Assembly (NCBI GenBank): GCA_905182235.1
Contig: CAJJAM010000017.1
Span: 11,362 to 75,361, forward strand
Source: SAR86 cluster bacterium SAR86B
Lineage (GTDB): Bacteria; Pseudomonadota; Gammaproteobacteria; Magnimaribacterales; Magnimaribacteraceae
Direction of reading: 5' to 3'
Length of the DNA: 64,000 bases
Shown here: positions 10,730 to 20,769 of the stretch, piece after piece
Layout of the letters: the number at the start of each line of letters is the position of its first letter
Position numbering within the stretch: the stretch's first letter is position 1
The notes under the pieces: model-generated
What the model was told of the DNA's origin: nothing
What the model saw: the letters and a program-made list of their open reading frames with translations, nothing else
Database searches by the model: none
Made by a program: the position numbers and the translations under genes

Positions 10730-11197
10730 ATGGATATAAGAAAAGTAAAAAAATTAATTGAGATGCTAGAAGAATCAAATCTTGAAGAAATTGAAATACA
10801 AGAAGGAGAAGAATCAGTCAGACTGGTTAAAAATAAGGCTAATAATCTAGTCTCAAACCATCCCAGTCATTCTTCACCTGCACAGACTGTTGAAGTAGCT
10901 GCTCCCTCTTCTGATGCTCATGAGCAAGTTGTCGAGGAAAATACCGAAGATGAAGACTCTGGAGATTTAATAAATTCTCCTATGGTTGGGACCTTCTATG
11001 CCTCTGCATCGCCTGGTTCGAAACCATTCATTTCAGTTGGCGATCATGTGAGCGAAGGTGATGTTGTCTGCATAGTTGAGGCCATGAAAATGATGAATGA
11101 AATAAAATCAGAGTTTTCTGGAAAAGTCCTATCCATTAACGTAGAAAATTCTCAGCCCGTTGAATATGGGCAAGCTCTTTTTGAGATAAGCAAATAA
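10730..11197 (+). CDS. accB: Acetyl-CoA carboxylase biotin carboxyl carrier protein
   Basis: 155 aa with the EAMKMMN biotinylation motif and a Pro/Ala/Glu-rich linker. Confidence 0.95.
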   Translation: MDIRKVKKLIEMLEESNLEEIEIQEGEESVRLVKNKANNLVSNHPSHSSPAQTVEVAAPSSDAHEQVVEENTEDEDSGDLINSPMVGTFYASASPGSKPFISVGDHVSEGDVVCIVEAMKMMNEIKSEFSGKVLSINVENSQPVEYGQALFEISK

Positions 11198-12532
11198 ATG
11201 TTAAACAAACTTTTAATCGCCAATAGAGGTGAAATAGCCTTACGTATTTTAAGAGCTGCAAAAGAACTTAAGATTCCAACAGTTGCTGTTTACTCTGAAG
11301 CAGATAAAGATCTCATGCACGTAAAAATGGCAGATGAATCTATATGTATTGGTCCAGCAAATTCAGCTTTAAGTTACATGAATATACCTGCAATTATAAG
11401 TGCCATGGAACTTTCAGGAGCGGATGGAGTTCATCCAGGTTATGGCTTTTTGTCCGAGAATCCAGATTTTGCTGAGAAGGTTGAGAAAAGTGGATTTGAA
11501 TTTGTAGGACCTAAAGCATCTGTTATTAGAATGATGGGGAATAAAATATCTGCTAAGAAATTTGCTCTTAATTCAGGACTTCCAATAGTCCCTGGATCGG
11601 ATGATGCTGTTAGCAGTAACCCTCATGAACAAGCAGATAAAATAGGTTACCCCTTAATAATAAAGGCTGCTTCTGGAGGGGGTGGAAGAGGAATGAGAAT
11701 AGTCCATTCAAAAGAAGATTTAGAACACTCGATAGAATTGACCCAACAAGAAGCAGGGACTGCTTTTGGAGATTCAACCGTGTACATGGAAAAATTTCTT
11801 TTAACACCAAGACACATTGAAGTTCAGGTTCTTGCAGATAAGCATGGTAATTTTTTGCACCTTGGCGACAGGGATTGTTCTATGCAAAGAAGGCATCAAA
11901 AGGTCATAGAAGAAGCTCCTGCATATAATATTCCTAATGATGAAAGAGAAGGTATTTTTAATAAGTGCATCGCAGCATGCAAGGAACTTAATTATGTAAG
12001 CGCTGGAACATTTGAATTTTTGTACGAGAATGGAAACTTCTATTTCATTGAAATGAACACAAGAATTCAAGTTGAACATCCTGTTACTGAAAGTGTCACC
12101 GGTCTAGACCTAGTAAAACTTCAGCTTAGGATTGCAAGAGGAGAAGAATTAAAAATAAAACAAGATGATGTGGTCATACAAGGTCATGCTATTGAATGCA
12201 GAATCAATGCTGAAAATTCAGATACTTTTATGCCTTCGCCTGGAAAAGTAGTTGATTATCATGCTCCCGGAGGAATTGGTGTCAGAATAGACTCACACCT
12301 TTATAATGATTACATTGTTCCTCCTCATTATGATTCCCTTATTGCTAAAGTAATTTGCAGAGCAAATGATAGAGAAGATGCTAGAGCAAGACTTGAAAGA
12401 GCACTCGAAGAAATGTATATCTCGGGTATAGATACAAATTTAGATATGCACCGAAGACTCATTAAAGATCCTAACTTTATTAAAGGGGGAGTTGATATTA
12501 ACTACCTCGAAAATAAATTTAAAGAAGAATAG
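11198..12532 (+). CDS. accC: Acetyl-CoA carboxylase biotin carboxylase subunit
   Basis: 444 aa starting [20 protein letters not shown], with an ATP-grasp domain (GGGGRGMR) and [14 protein letters not shown]. Confidence 0.97.
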   Translation: MLNKLLIANRGEIALRILRAAKELKIPTVAVYSEADKDLMHVKMADESICIGPANSALSYMNIPAIISAMELSGADGVHPGYGFLSENPDFAEKVEKSGFEFVGPKASVIRMMGNKISAKKFALNSGLPIVPGSDDAVSSNPHEQADKIGYPLIIKAASGGGGRGMRIVHSKEDLEHSIELTQQEAGTAFGDSTVYMEKFLLTPRHIEVQVLADKHGNFLHLGDRDCSMQRRHQKVIEEAPAYNIPNDEREGIFNKCIAACKELNYVSAGTFEFLYENGNFYFIEMNTRIQVEHPVTESVTGLDLVKLQLRIARGEELKIKQDDVVIQGHAIECRINAENSDTFMPSPGKVVDYHAPGGIGVRIDSHLYNDYIVPPHYDSLIAKVICRANDREDARARLERALEEMYISGIDTNLDMHRRLIKDPNFIKGGVDINYLENKFKEE

Positions 12533-12533
12533 C

Positions 12534-14984
12534 ATGTCTAATCAAGACAAGACTTACGAGCCAGAAAAGCTAGAGAGAGAAATCCAACAATTCTGGAATG
12601 AGAATGAAATGTTCTCAGTGACCGAAGACCCAGAAAAAGAAAAATTCTTTTGTTTAAGTATGTTCCCGTACCCCAGTGGTTCCATACACATGGGTCATGT
12701 AAGGAATTATACAATTGGTGACACTATAAGTAGATTTCAAAGAATGCTAGGAAAGAATGTTATGCAGCCTATGGGTTGGGATGCGTTTGGTTTGCCAGCT
12801 GAAAATGCTGCTATAAAAAACAAGGTATCACCATCCGATTGGACAGAACAGAATATCTCTTCCATGAAACTCCAACTCCAAAGAATGGGGTTTGCTTATG
12901 ATTGGAAAAGAGAATTTGCCACGTGCAGCCCTGATTACTACCAATGGGAGCAGTGGTTTTTCTTACAATTGCTTGAAAAGGGTTTGGTTTATCAAGAGGA
13001 AGCAGAAGTTAATTGGGACCCTGTTGATGAAACAGTCCTAGCAAATGAACAAGTCATAGATGGAAAGGGCTGGAGGTCAGGAGCTGAAGTAGAAAAAAGA
13101 AGACTGAAGCAGTGGTTCCTTAAAATTACAGATTATGCTGAAGAGCTATTAGAAGGAACTGAAAAACTTGATGGCTGGCCAGAGCAAGTAAAAACCATGC
13201 AAAAAAACTGGATTGGAAAGTCAGAAGGAATGGAGTTCACATTCAAGCTTAAAGACACGGAAGAATCAGTTAAAGTTTACACAACCAGACCGGACACAGT
13301 TATGGGTGTTTCATTTCTCGCCTTGTCCACTAATCACACTCTAGCAATCAATGCTTCTGAATCAGATTCAAATATTAAACAGTTCATTGAGGACCAAAAG
13401 AAAACTAAAGTTGCTGAAGCAGATTTAGCCAAACAAGAAAAATTAGGGATTGATACCGGTCTTTATGCAATTCATCCGTTTACTGGAGAAGAACTTCCTG
13501 TTTGGATTGGAAATTTTGTTTTATCTGAATATGGATCTGGAGCTTTAATGGCAGTACCCGCCCATGACCAAAGAGATTATGAGTTTGCTAAAAAATATAA
13601 TCTATCAATAAAACAAGTCATTGAAGATTCAAAAGGTGATGATATTAATGAAGCTGCTATTCTTGAAAAAAACACTTTAATTAATTCTAAAGAATTTGAT
13701 GGTCTAGATTTCTCTGAAGCCTTTAAAGCTATAGAGCTAAAGTCAGAACAACTAGGATGTGGTTTTAGAAAAGTTAACTACAGACTAAGAGACTGGGGTG
13801 TCTCTAGACAGCGATATTGGGGTGCGCCCATACCTATTTTAAAAAATTCGAATAACGACACCTTTCCTGCTAAAGAACTTCCCGTAAAATTACCTACAGA
13901 TGTTAAATTTTCCGGGGTAAGCTCCCCCTTAGCATTATTAAATGATTTCATTGAAACAAAGCAAGACGGTCAAGATCTGGAAAGAGAGACTGATACATTT
14001 GATACATTCTTTGAATCATCTTGGTATTACGCTAGATTTGCCTCGTTTGATAGCAAGAATTCCATGCTAGATGAAAGAGCAAAATACTGGTTACCAGTGG
14101 ATCAGTACGTTGGAGGAATAGAGCATGCTGTTTTGCATTTACTCTATTCTAGGTTCTTTTTTCGATGTCTTAGAGATTTAGGACTTGTTGAAGGGGATGA
14201 ACCTTTTGATAATTTGCTTTGCCAAGGCATGGTATTAAAGGATGGATCAAAAATGTCCAAGTCGAAAGGCAATACTGTCGACCCAGAAGGTTTGATCAGT
14301 AAATATGGTGCGGACACTGTTAGGTTATTTGTGATGTTTGCCGCTCCTCCAGATCAATCTTTAGAGTGGTCAGAACAGGGCGTACAAGGCTCTTTTCGTT
14401 TTTTAAATAGAATCTGGAATCTTACCCAGGAGCATGTTGATATAGGGATTCCTGAAAAGCTAGAATTCGATAACAACAATAAAGAGGCTTTGTCTCTTAG
14501 AATAAAAACTCATCAAACTCTAAACAAGGTAAAAGACGACTACGAAAGAAGGCATGCATTTAATACAGCAATAGCTTCTGTTATGGAACTTTCAAATAAA
14601 ATACCCAAACAATTTATAGCCAATAATTCTTCGCTATCTGAAAGATCTGCTGCTCATGAAGCCATAATGAATATAATCATAATGCTCGCTCCGATTACAC
14701 CTCACTTAAGCCAACATCTTTGGTGGGAACTGGGCAAAGACACTCCTATAATTGACCATATATGGCCTGAAGCTGATCCTGGATTGTTAATCGAAGAAAC
14801 CGTAGAAATTGCAGTTCAAATTAATGGCAAGCTCAGAGCGACTGTAAATTTAGATCCTAATGCAGACCAAAAAACTTTTGAAAATAAAGCGTTGTCTGAC
14901 ATAAATGTTCAAAAATACTTAGAAGATAAAGAAATTAAAAAAATTATTTTTGTTCCCGGAAGGCTTATTAACATAGTTATATGA
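12534..14984 (+). CDS. leuS: Leucine--tRNA ligase
   Basis: The start is trimmed to the ATG at 12534, 1 nt after the accC stop. It has a HIGH-type motif (PYPSGSIHMGHVRN), KMSKS and a CP1 editing domain. Confidence 0.96.
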   Translation: MSNQDKTYEPEKLEREIQQFWNENEMFSVTEDPEKEKFFCLSMFPYPSGSIHMGHVRNYTIGDTISRFQRMLGKNVMQPMGWDAFGLPAENAAIKNKVSPSDWTEQNISSMKLQLQRMGFAYDWKREFATCSPDYYQWEQWFFLQLLEKGLVYQEEAEVNWDPVDETVLANEQVIDGKGWRSGAEVEKRRLKQWFLKITDYAEELLEGTEKLDGWPEQVKTMQKNWIGKSEGMEFTFKLKDTEESVKVYTTRPDTVMGVSFLALSTNHTLAINASESDSNIKQFIEDQKKTKVAEADLAKQEKLGIDTGLYAIHPFTGEELPVWIGNFVLSEYGSGALMAVPAHDQRDYEFAKKYNLSIKQVIEDSKGDDINEAAILEKNTLINSKEFDGLDFSEAFKAIELKSEQLGCGFRKVNYRLRDWGVSRQRYWGAPIPILKNSNNDTFPAKELPVKLPTDVKFSGVSSPLALLNDFIETKQDGQDLERETDTFDTFFESSWYYARFASFDSKNSMLDERAKYWLPVDQYVGGIEHAVLHLLYSRFFFRCLRDLGLVEGDEPFDNLLCQGMVLKDGSKMSKSKGNTVDPEGLISKYGADTVRLFVMFAAPPDQSLEWSEQGVQGSFRFLNRIWNLTQEHVDIGIPEKLEFDNNNKEALSLRIKTHQTLNKVKDDYERRHAFNTAIASVMELSNKIPKQFIANNSSLSERSAAHEAIMNIIIMLAPITPHLSQHLWWELGKDTPIIDHIWPEADPGLLIEETVEIAVQINGKLRATVNLDPNADQKTFENKALSDINVQKYLEDKEIKKIIFVPGRLINIVI

Positions 14985-15493
14985 AAGAAATTAGATTAAC
15001 TTTTAATCTTAAATACCTGCTTCTTGTATTGCTATTCTTAAGTTTTCAGAGCTGTGGGTATAATCTCAGAGAAAGTCCCTCTTTCTTTCTGGAAAAAAAT
15101 ATAGCGGTTGTTTCTAATTCCAGCTCTCTAAATCAACTCTTCATAGAAGAGCTCAGAAAAACAGCCAACAACGTTGTAGCTTATGAAGTTAATGAAAGTA
15201 ATGAATTAGACTTAATAATAAAAATTAATAATCACCAAATACAAAGGTTTTCATCCGCACAAGGAGCAGGAGCAAGGACTGTTGAAGTCAGAATAGACTA
15301 CAGTCTTAATTTTAGTATTGAAAACCCAGTTTTATCTAAAAAAGAAAATTATGAAATAAGAGACGTTAAGTATATTGCTTTCGATGACTCTCAGATATTA
15401 GCCATGGAAGCTGAAGAAAGTGACATTAATAAAGACTTCATCAGATTCGCTATTAAGAGGATAGAAATATTATCAGCCTCTCTAAAAGAATGA
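14981..15493 (+). CDS. lptE: LPS-assembly lipoprotein LptE
   Basis: 170 aa with a lipobox (FQSCG). It sits in the conserved leuS-lptE-holA position and overlaps leuS by 4 nt. Confidence 0.7.
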   Translation: MKEIRLTFNLKYLLLVLLFLSFQSCGYNLRESPSFFLEKNIAVVSNSSSLNQLFIEELRKTANNVVAYEVNESNELDLIIKINNHQIQRFSSAQGAGARTVEVRIDYSLNFSIENPVLSKKENYEIRDVKYIAFDDSQILAMEAEESDINKDFIRFAIKRIEILSASLKE

Positions 15494-16461
15494 GAGTATC
15501 TCCCCAAGACCTAAATAACTCACTTAAGAAAGGAGTGGAACCAATTTACACTCTGGTAGGTGAAGAATCTTTACAGATTCAGGAATTAGTAGATCAGATT
15601 TGTAACAAAGCTAAGTCAGAAGACTACTTGGAAAAAACTAACTACATTATTACTAAACAAACTGATTGGACTTTCCTAAAATCATCTTCAGAAAATTATG
15701 ATCTTTTTGGCGCAAAAAAAATTATAGAAGTTAAATTAATAGGCGCAGGGCCTGGTGTGGCAGGCTCTAAAGCCCTAAAGGACTATGCAATTAACCCAGA
15801 CCCTTCGAAAGTACTAATAGTCTCAGCAGAAGGGCTTGAAAGAAAAACACATTCTTCAGCTTGGATAAAATCTTTAGAGGGAGCTGGGTGCTTACTACTA
15901 ATTAACCCTATAACCTTAAACCAATTACCAAGATGGATTGTCGAAACTGGTAATAAATACCAACTAAATATAGCCTCTGAGGCAAGTAATTTACTTGCAG
16001 AAAAAACAGAAGGCAACTTGCTTGCCACTTTACAAGAAATTAAAAAGCTTGCTTTATTATTCCCTGATCAAGATATTAATATTAGCCAAATGGCTTCTTC
16101 AATATCTGATTCTTCTAAATACGATATTTTTGATCTATCCAATGCCTTCATAAGTGGGAATAAAGAAAGAGCAGCTAATGTTCTAGAATCATTAAAAGCT
16201 GAAGGAGCTCCTGAAACACTAATTTTATGGTCCTTATCAAGAGAACTGACAAATCTTTTTAAGGTAATGAATCAAAAGTCAACAAAAGGCATATGGGGCC
16301 CTAGACACTATTTAAATAATCTTGAAGAGTTAGCTAAGAAGGTGGCTATATCAGATTTAAAACATGCATTACAACAGGTAGCAAAGATAGATGCATCCAT
16401 TAAAGGCAGTGGTCATCAAGATTCTTGGCAGGCCATTAGAGAGTTAACTTTAACTTTTTAA
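15490..16461 (+). CDS. holA: DNA polymerase III subunit delta
   Basis: 323 aa, in the conserved position after lptE with a 4-nt overlap, with delta-like N-terminal (YTLVGEE) and C-terminal helical domains. Confidence 0.85.
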   Translation: MRVSPQDLNNSLKKGVEPIYTLVGEESLQIQELVDQICNKAKSEDYLEKTNYIITKQTDWTFLKSSSENYDLFGAKKIIEVKLIGAGPGVAGSKALKDYAINPDPSKVLIVSAEGLERKTHSSAWIKSLEGAGCLLLINPITLNQLPRWIVETGNKYQLNIASEASNLLAEKTEGNLLATLQEIKKLALLFPDQDINISQMASSISDSSKYDIFDLSNAFISGNKERAANVLESLKAEGAPETLILWSLSRELTNLFKVMNQKSTKGIWGPRHYLNNLEELAKKVAISDLKHALQQVAKIDASIKGSGHQDSWQAIRELTLTF

Positions 16462-17309
16462 ACAAGAATATCTTGTCTGAATAATTCTATTGCCTTATGG
16501 CCGATAGTGTTTTTAAAACCTTTTTCCAAGATAATCTTATTGTTAATTTTATGAACCATTTGTAAAACTTTGCCAGAACTGGTGAACCAAATCTCATCCG
16601 CTTCTTCTATTTCATTTATTGAGACTTCTCTCTCTTCTATATTAAAATTATTCTGGCTTAAAAGATTAATAAAGTAGTTCCTTGTGATTCCACTAAGTAT
16701 ATTATTAGATACCGGTGGGGTGACAATTTTCTTCCCAAAAACAAGAAATATATTTGCTTTAGCTCCCTCCGTTATTGTGCTGTCTCTATAAAAAATAACC
16801 TCTTCAAGTCCGGAGTCACTTAGGTTATCTAAAGTCATCACATTGCCTAGTAAGGTTATGGCCTTAATATCACATCTAGTCCACCTCAGATCTTCTTCTA
16901 TTCCAACATTAATATACGGCGGCTTGTAGCTAGTTAAGAGTAAATCCGTTGTTAATTCAGACGACTCTATAAATAAAGTAGGAGAAGTTAATTTATCGGG
17001 TGCGTGTGATCTTGTACTTTCCTGACCCCGAGTAACTTGAATGTAAATAATCTGATTTGAAAACTTATTTTTTTCTAATAAATCTTCTATGATTGATTTC
17101 AGATTCTCCCATTGTTCGGGTTTATTAATAGAAACTTCATTTAATGATCTTAAAAGCCTGGATACATGCTTTTCGTATAAAAATGGCTTCCCTGCATAAG
17201 AAGGTATAACTTCATACACTCCATCACCAAATAAAAAACCTCGGTCATAAGGGGAAATAGTGACTTCCTCTTTCCTGTGAAAAGCATTGTTCAGATAAGC
17301 CCAGGACAT
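16458..17309 (-). CDS. Aminotransferase class IV (D-amino-acid transaminase-like)
   Basis: 283 aa with RGFLFGDGVYEV and the candidate PLP lysine context CDIKAITLLGNV, which resembles D-Ala aminotransferases. PabC or BCAT is not excluded. Confidence 0.8.
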   Translation of the reverse strand: MSWAYLNNAFHRKEEVTISPYDRGFLFGDGVYEVIPSYAGKPFLYEKHVSRLLRSLNEVSINKPEQWENLKSIIEDLLEKNKFSNQIIYIQVTRGQESTRSHAPDKLTSPTLFIESSELTTDLLLTSYKPPYINVGIEEDLRWTRCDIKAITLLGNVMTLDNLSDSGLEEVIFYRDSTITEGAKANIFLVFGKKIVTPPVSNNILSGITRNYFINLLSQNNFNIEEREVSINEIEEADEIWFTSSGKVLQMVHKINNKIILEKGFKNTIGHKAIELFRQDILV

Positions 17310-17316
17310 AGGGAGC

Positions 17317-18489
17317 CTAAGATTCTTCGTCCGTAAGGAATCGGTAAGCTAGTAATTTAATATTTGACCATGCTCTGCCAAAGAAACCTAAAGACTCAAC
17401 CCCCTTAGAAGAGATAAGATCAACTGACCTTAAAATCTTTCCATCCAAAGATAGTGTAACTTTTCCAACAATTTGTCCTTTCTGTAGAGGCGCTTGTAAA
17501 TAATCCTCCAACTCCACAACTGGCTCTACTCTCTTAAAATCTCTCGGAGAAAGAGTAAGATAAACATCTTCGGCAGATTCCAAATTAACGGTCTCTTGTT
17601 CTCCACCCCAAACCTCTTCTACTTTTATACTGGTAAATTTTGAAAGAATCTTCTTTGTTCTAAAATACCTGAAACCGTAATCTAACAGCCTTCGATTATC
17701 AGTTAATCTTTGTTTTTCACTGCTACTTTTTAAAGTTACAGCTATTAACCTTGTCTCATTTCTCAAACCGGAAGAAACTAAACAATAACCTGCACTTTCT
17801 GTATGCCCAGTTTTCATGCCATCGATAGAATCATCTTGCCAAAGAAGGCTGTTCCTATTTCTTTGCTTAATATTGTTATAAGTGAAATATTTTTCTTTAT
17901 AGATTGCGTAATGATCTGGAAATTTTTCAATAAGTCTTTGGGATAATAAAGCAAGATCTCTAGCTGAAGAATAATGCCCTTCTTCCGGACCTCCCCAAAC
18001 ATTAATAAAATTAGTATTCTGAAGTCCCAAGTCTCTTACATAAACCATCATGAGATCAACGAAGCCTTCTTCAGATCCAGCAGTATGCTCTGCCAAGGCA
18101 CAACTCGCGTCATTACCAGACTGAATGACCATTCCCTTTATAAGATCCGAAACTAAGACCCTAGTACCTTCTTTGATGAACATTTTTGATCCACCTCTTC
18201 TCCAGCAGTTCTCACTAATCAGGACTTCTTCATCGCCACTTATAAAGCCTTTATCAATTTGATCTGCTATTACATAGCCAGTCATAACTTTGGTTATGCT
18301 TGCAGGTGCAACTCTCTCATCAGCCCCTTGTTCTGCCAGTATTCTTCCAGAAACTGCATCTTTTAATAAATAATATTCAGCGTTAATTGAAGGAGGCTCT
18401 GGAATGAAACTTTCTTCCGAAAAAAGATTCTGCATTGATAAAATCACAATGAAAAGAACTTTTAATGTGTGTGTAAAAAATTTATTCAT
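17317..18489 (-). CDS. dacA: D-alanyl-D-alanine carboxypeptidase (PBP5/6 family)
   Basis: The start is trimmed to MNKFFTHTLKVLFIVIL (a signal peptide). It has SITK (SxxK), SGND (SxN) and KTGHT (KTG) motifs. Confidence 0.9.
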   Translation of the reverse strand: MNKFFTHTLKVLFIVILSMQNLFSEESFIPEPPSINAEYYLLKDAVSGRILAEQGADERVAPASITKVMTGYVIADQIDKGFISGDEEVLISENCWRRGGSKMFIKEGTRVLVSDLIKGMVIQSGNDASCALAEHTAGSEEGFVDLMMVYVRDLGLQNTNFINVWGGPEEGHYSSARDLALLSQRLIEKFPDHYAIYKEKYFTYNNIKQRNRNSLLWQDDSIDGMKTGHTESAGYCLVSSGLRNETRLIAVTLKSSSEKQRLTDNRRLLDYGFRYFRTKKILSKFTSIKVEEVWGGEQETVNLESAEDVYLTLSPRDFKRVEPVVELEDYLQAPLQKGQIVGKVTLSLDGKILRSVDLISSKGVESLGFFGRAWSNIKLLAYRFLTDEES

Positions 18490-18499
18490 AATTTTTCTC

Positions 18500-19651
18500 T
18501 TAAAAGAATTTAGACAACGGCTTACTAAATTCAAAAACCGCCATGACGTATAACTTACTTCGATTATATCTCGATAAAGAATAATAATTATCAAACCCCA
18601 ACCAATACTCATACCCATTATCTAACTGGAGTTCAACTGGAACTACTTTTAAATTACCTTTCACTGATTCTTTTGGTAATAAACCAATAATTTCAGCATC
18701 ACTTAAAGTCATGTAAGGTTTAAAAGCCGATTTTATATTACCCTTACCAGAAATAAATAAAATTTTACCTTGTAATATTAAGTCACTATTTTTTAAATTA
18801 TTCCTCTTAACAATTTTAGAAACTGTGGTTTTATATTTTTTTGCAATAGAAGTTAAGTTTTCTCCAGAATTAACTATGTGACTTATATCAGAGCCCAGGC
18901 GCCCTTGGTTAAAGTCTGTAATTATTGCTACAGGTGTATTCGGCTTCCATTTACCTTTTTTACTTAAGAAATTAGCAACACTCCCTATCGCATCAACCGG
19001 ATTAGACAAAAGATCTCTTACATTGTCTTCATCAAAATCAACCGCGTAATCACGATAACTATCAGGCATAAACTGGCCATAGCCCATTGCTCCAGCAATA
19101 GAACCTTTTACTGTTCCAACACTCAGGCCTTCTTCTCTGCACAAGAGTAAGAACTCTTCTAACTGAGTCTTGAAGAAACTGGCCCTCCTTGGGTAATCAA
19201 AAGAAAGAGTCATCAAAGAATCTATCACTCTTATATTTCCTTGGATTCTGCCATACCTTGTTTCAATACCAATTATTGAAGCAATTATTGGAGCAGGAAC
19301 ACCGTACAAATCTTCTGCTCTTAAAAGCGCTTCTTTATGCTCTTCTATGAACTCTCTTCCTGATTCAATCCTGGCATCTGTGACCATTATTTTTTTATAT
19401 CTAGTCCAAGTCATGGTACCTTCTGGCTGTCTGTCCATAATACGAATGACTCTTTCTTGAAATTTTGAACCGGAAATAAGTTCAACTAACTTATCTTTAT
19501 CGAAGCCGTGTTTAACGTTCATCTCTTCAATAAAATTAGACACGTCTTCTCTTGATGAATAGTTACCGTTATTTTCTGTGAGCACAGCCGCAGGAATTAG
19601 TAATAAAACTAGAGCTAGAAGGTTAATTAGGTTGTTTTTTATCTTTACCAT
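18500..19651 (-). CDS. mltB: Lytic murein transglycosylase B with an inserted LysM domain
   Basis: 383 aa with a signal peptide, the catalytic IGIETRYG context, YGQFMP, and the C-terminal GYEYWLGFDNYYSLSRYNRSKLYVMAV. Residues ~257-301 carry a LysM-like segment (HIVNSGENLTSIAKKY...LILQGKILFI). Confidence 0.85.
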   Translation of the reverse strand: MVKIKNNLINLLALVLLLIPAAVLTENNGNYSSREDVSNFIEEMNVKHGFDKDKLVELISGSKFQERVIRIMDRQPEGTMTWTRYKKIMVTDARIESGREFIEEHKEALLRAEDLYGVPAPIIASIIGIETRYGRIQGNIRVIDSLMTLSFDYPRRASFFKTQLEEFLLLCREEGLSVGTVKGSIAGAMGYGQFMPDSYRDYAVDFDEDNVRDLLSNPVDAIGSVANFLSKKGKWKPNTPVAIITDFNQGRLGSDISHIVNSGENLTSIAKKYKTTVSKIVKRNNLKNSDLILQGKILFISGKGNIKSAFKPYMTLSDAEIIGLLPKESVKGNLKVVPVELQLDNGYEYWLGFDNYYSLSRYNRSKLYVMAVFEFSKPLSKFF

Positions 19652-20769
19652 CCGCTTTTTCTTTTAACTGATAACACAAAACCAAAGGCCAATAAATGAG
19701 TTGCCAGAGATGTTCCTCCTTGACTCACAAGGGGCAAGGGTACACCTACTACTGGAATTATACCGACAACCATTGAAACATTAATTAAAATAAAAATAAG
19801 AAAAACAAAACCTATAGAGGCAGAAGCTAACCTTCCAAAAATAGTTTCCGATCTGAAGGCTATAAAAAATATCCGGTAAATTATTACAGAATAAGCAAGA
19901 AACAGTAAACTGATACCAATTAGGCCAAGTTCTTCTGCTATAACTGCAAAAATAAAATCTGAATGACTTTCTGGAATAAAATCAAGCTGGCTTTGCGTTC
20001 CCGATAAGTAACCTTTCCCAAAAAACCCCCCTGAACCAATTGCAGTTTTTGACTGCGCAATGTTCCAGCCCGTACCTAGAGGGTCAGCATTAGGATCGAA
20101 CAAAGTTATTATTCTTTGTTGCTGATACATACTTAATCCAGCATAAATTACAGGAGAAAGGATACCCATCAAAGATAGGGCTAAAATAATGATAAATAAA
20201 GGGAATCCAGTAAGAAATATAGGTAAAAACCCTGATGTAAAAACTATTAATGAAGTTCCTAAGTCAGGTTGTTGAAAAATTAAGAAAGAAACTAATAAAA
20301 CAGCTACTAGAGAAATGAGCCAATCAGAGTATTTTGGTTTCAATTCTTTTCTTGTCAAAAAAGCAGCCACAGATAATGGCAAAATTAGACGTATGACTTC
20401 TGAAGGTTGAAAACTAAACAAACCTAAATCAATCCATCTCCTTGTTATATGACTGTCATCAGGGAAAATTAATACGTAAATTAGCATTATTAATCCGATC
20501 CAATACAAATTCATAAGGATGTTCTGATAAGAATTTGGATTAATTTGAGCAATAAAGAGCATTCCCATAAATCCTAAACCTACATAAACTGATTGTCTGA
20601 TGACCATGGATTCAGATTGCCCGCTGGCGCTGTAAAGCATAAAGAGGCCAAACACTAAAACAGTCAAAACAGAAAAAACTAATATGTTGTCTTTAAAAAT
20701 AAAAGATAGAGACACCCCAGAGGAAGAGAAGGGCCTATTAAGATTATAATCTAGTGCTTTTTTAGACAT
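19645..20769 (-). CDS. mrdB: Peptidoglycan glycosyltransferase RodA (SEDS family)
   Basis: The start is trimmed to MSKKALDYNL, overlapping the mrdA stop by 8 nt. It is a polytopic membrane protein with the SEDS motifs SEVIRLILPL and PESHSDFIF. Confidence 0.9.
   Translation of the reverse strand: MSKKALDYNLNRPFSSSGVSLSFIFKDNILVFSVLTVLVFGLFMLYSASGQSESMVIRQSVYVGLGFMGMLFIAQINPNSYQNILMNLYWIGLIMLIYVLIFPDDSHITRRWIDLGLFSFQPSEVIRLILPLSVAAFLTRKELKPKYSDWLISLVAVLLVSFLIFQQPDLGTSLIVFTSGFLPIFLTGFPLFIIILALSLMGILSPVIYAGLSMYQQQRIITLFDPNADPLGTGWNIAQSKTAIGSGGFFGKGYLSGTQSQLDFIPESHSDFIFAVIAEELGLIGISLLFLAYSVIIYRIFFIAFRSETIFGRLASASIGFVFLIFILINVSMVVGIIPVVGVPLPLVSQGGTSLATHLLAFGFVLSVKRKSGW

Noticed and set aside
11015-11025. 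A GGTTCGAAACC tRNA T-loop-like string.
   Set aside because: It lies inside the accB coding frame (..PGSKPF..), and there is no surrounding cloverleaf complementarity.
12492-12533. The ORF track gives leuS an N-terminal extension ([14 protein letters not shown]).
   Set aside because: The extension would overlap the accC 3' end by 41 nt. The ATG at 12534 gives the canonical LeuRS N-terminus directly after the accC stop.
18490-18618. The ORF track gives the D,D-carboxypeptidase a 43-aa N-terminal extension.
   Set aside because: It would overlap mltB by about 120 nt. The internal MNKFF... start supplies a proper signal peptide. Similar trims were applied to rodA (to 20769), mrdA (to 22615), pfk (to 34860), argD (to 41753), tolC (to 54530) and coaD (to 58272).
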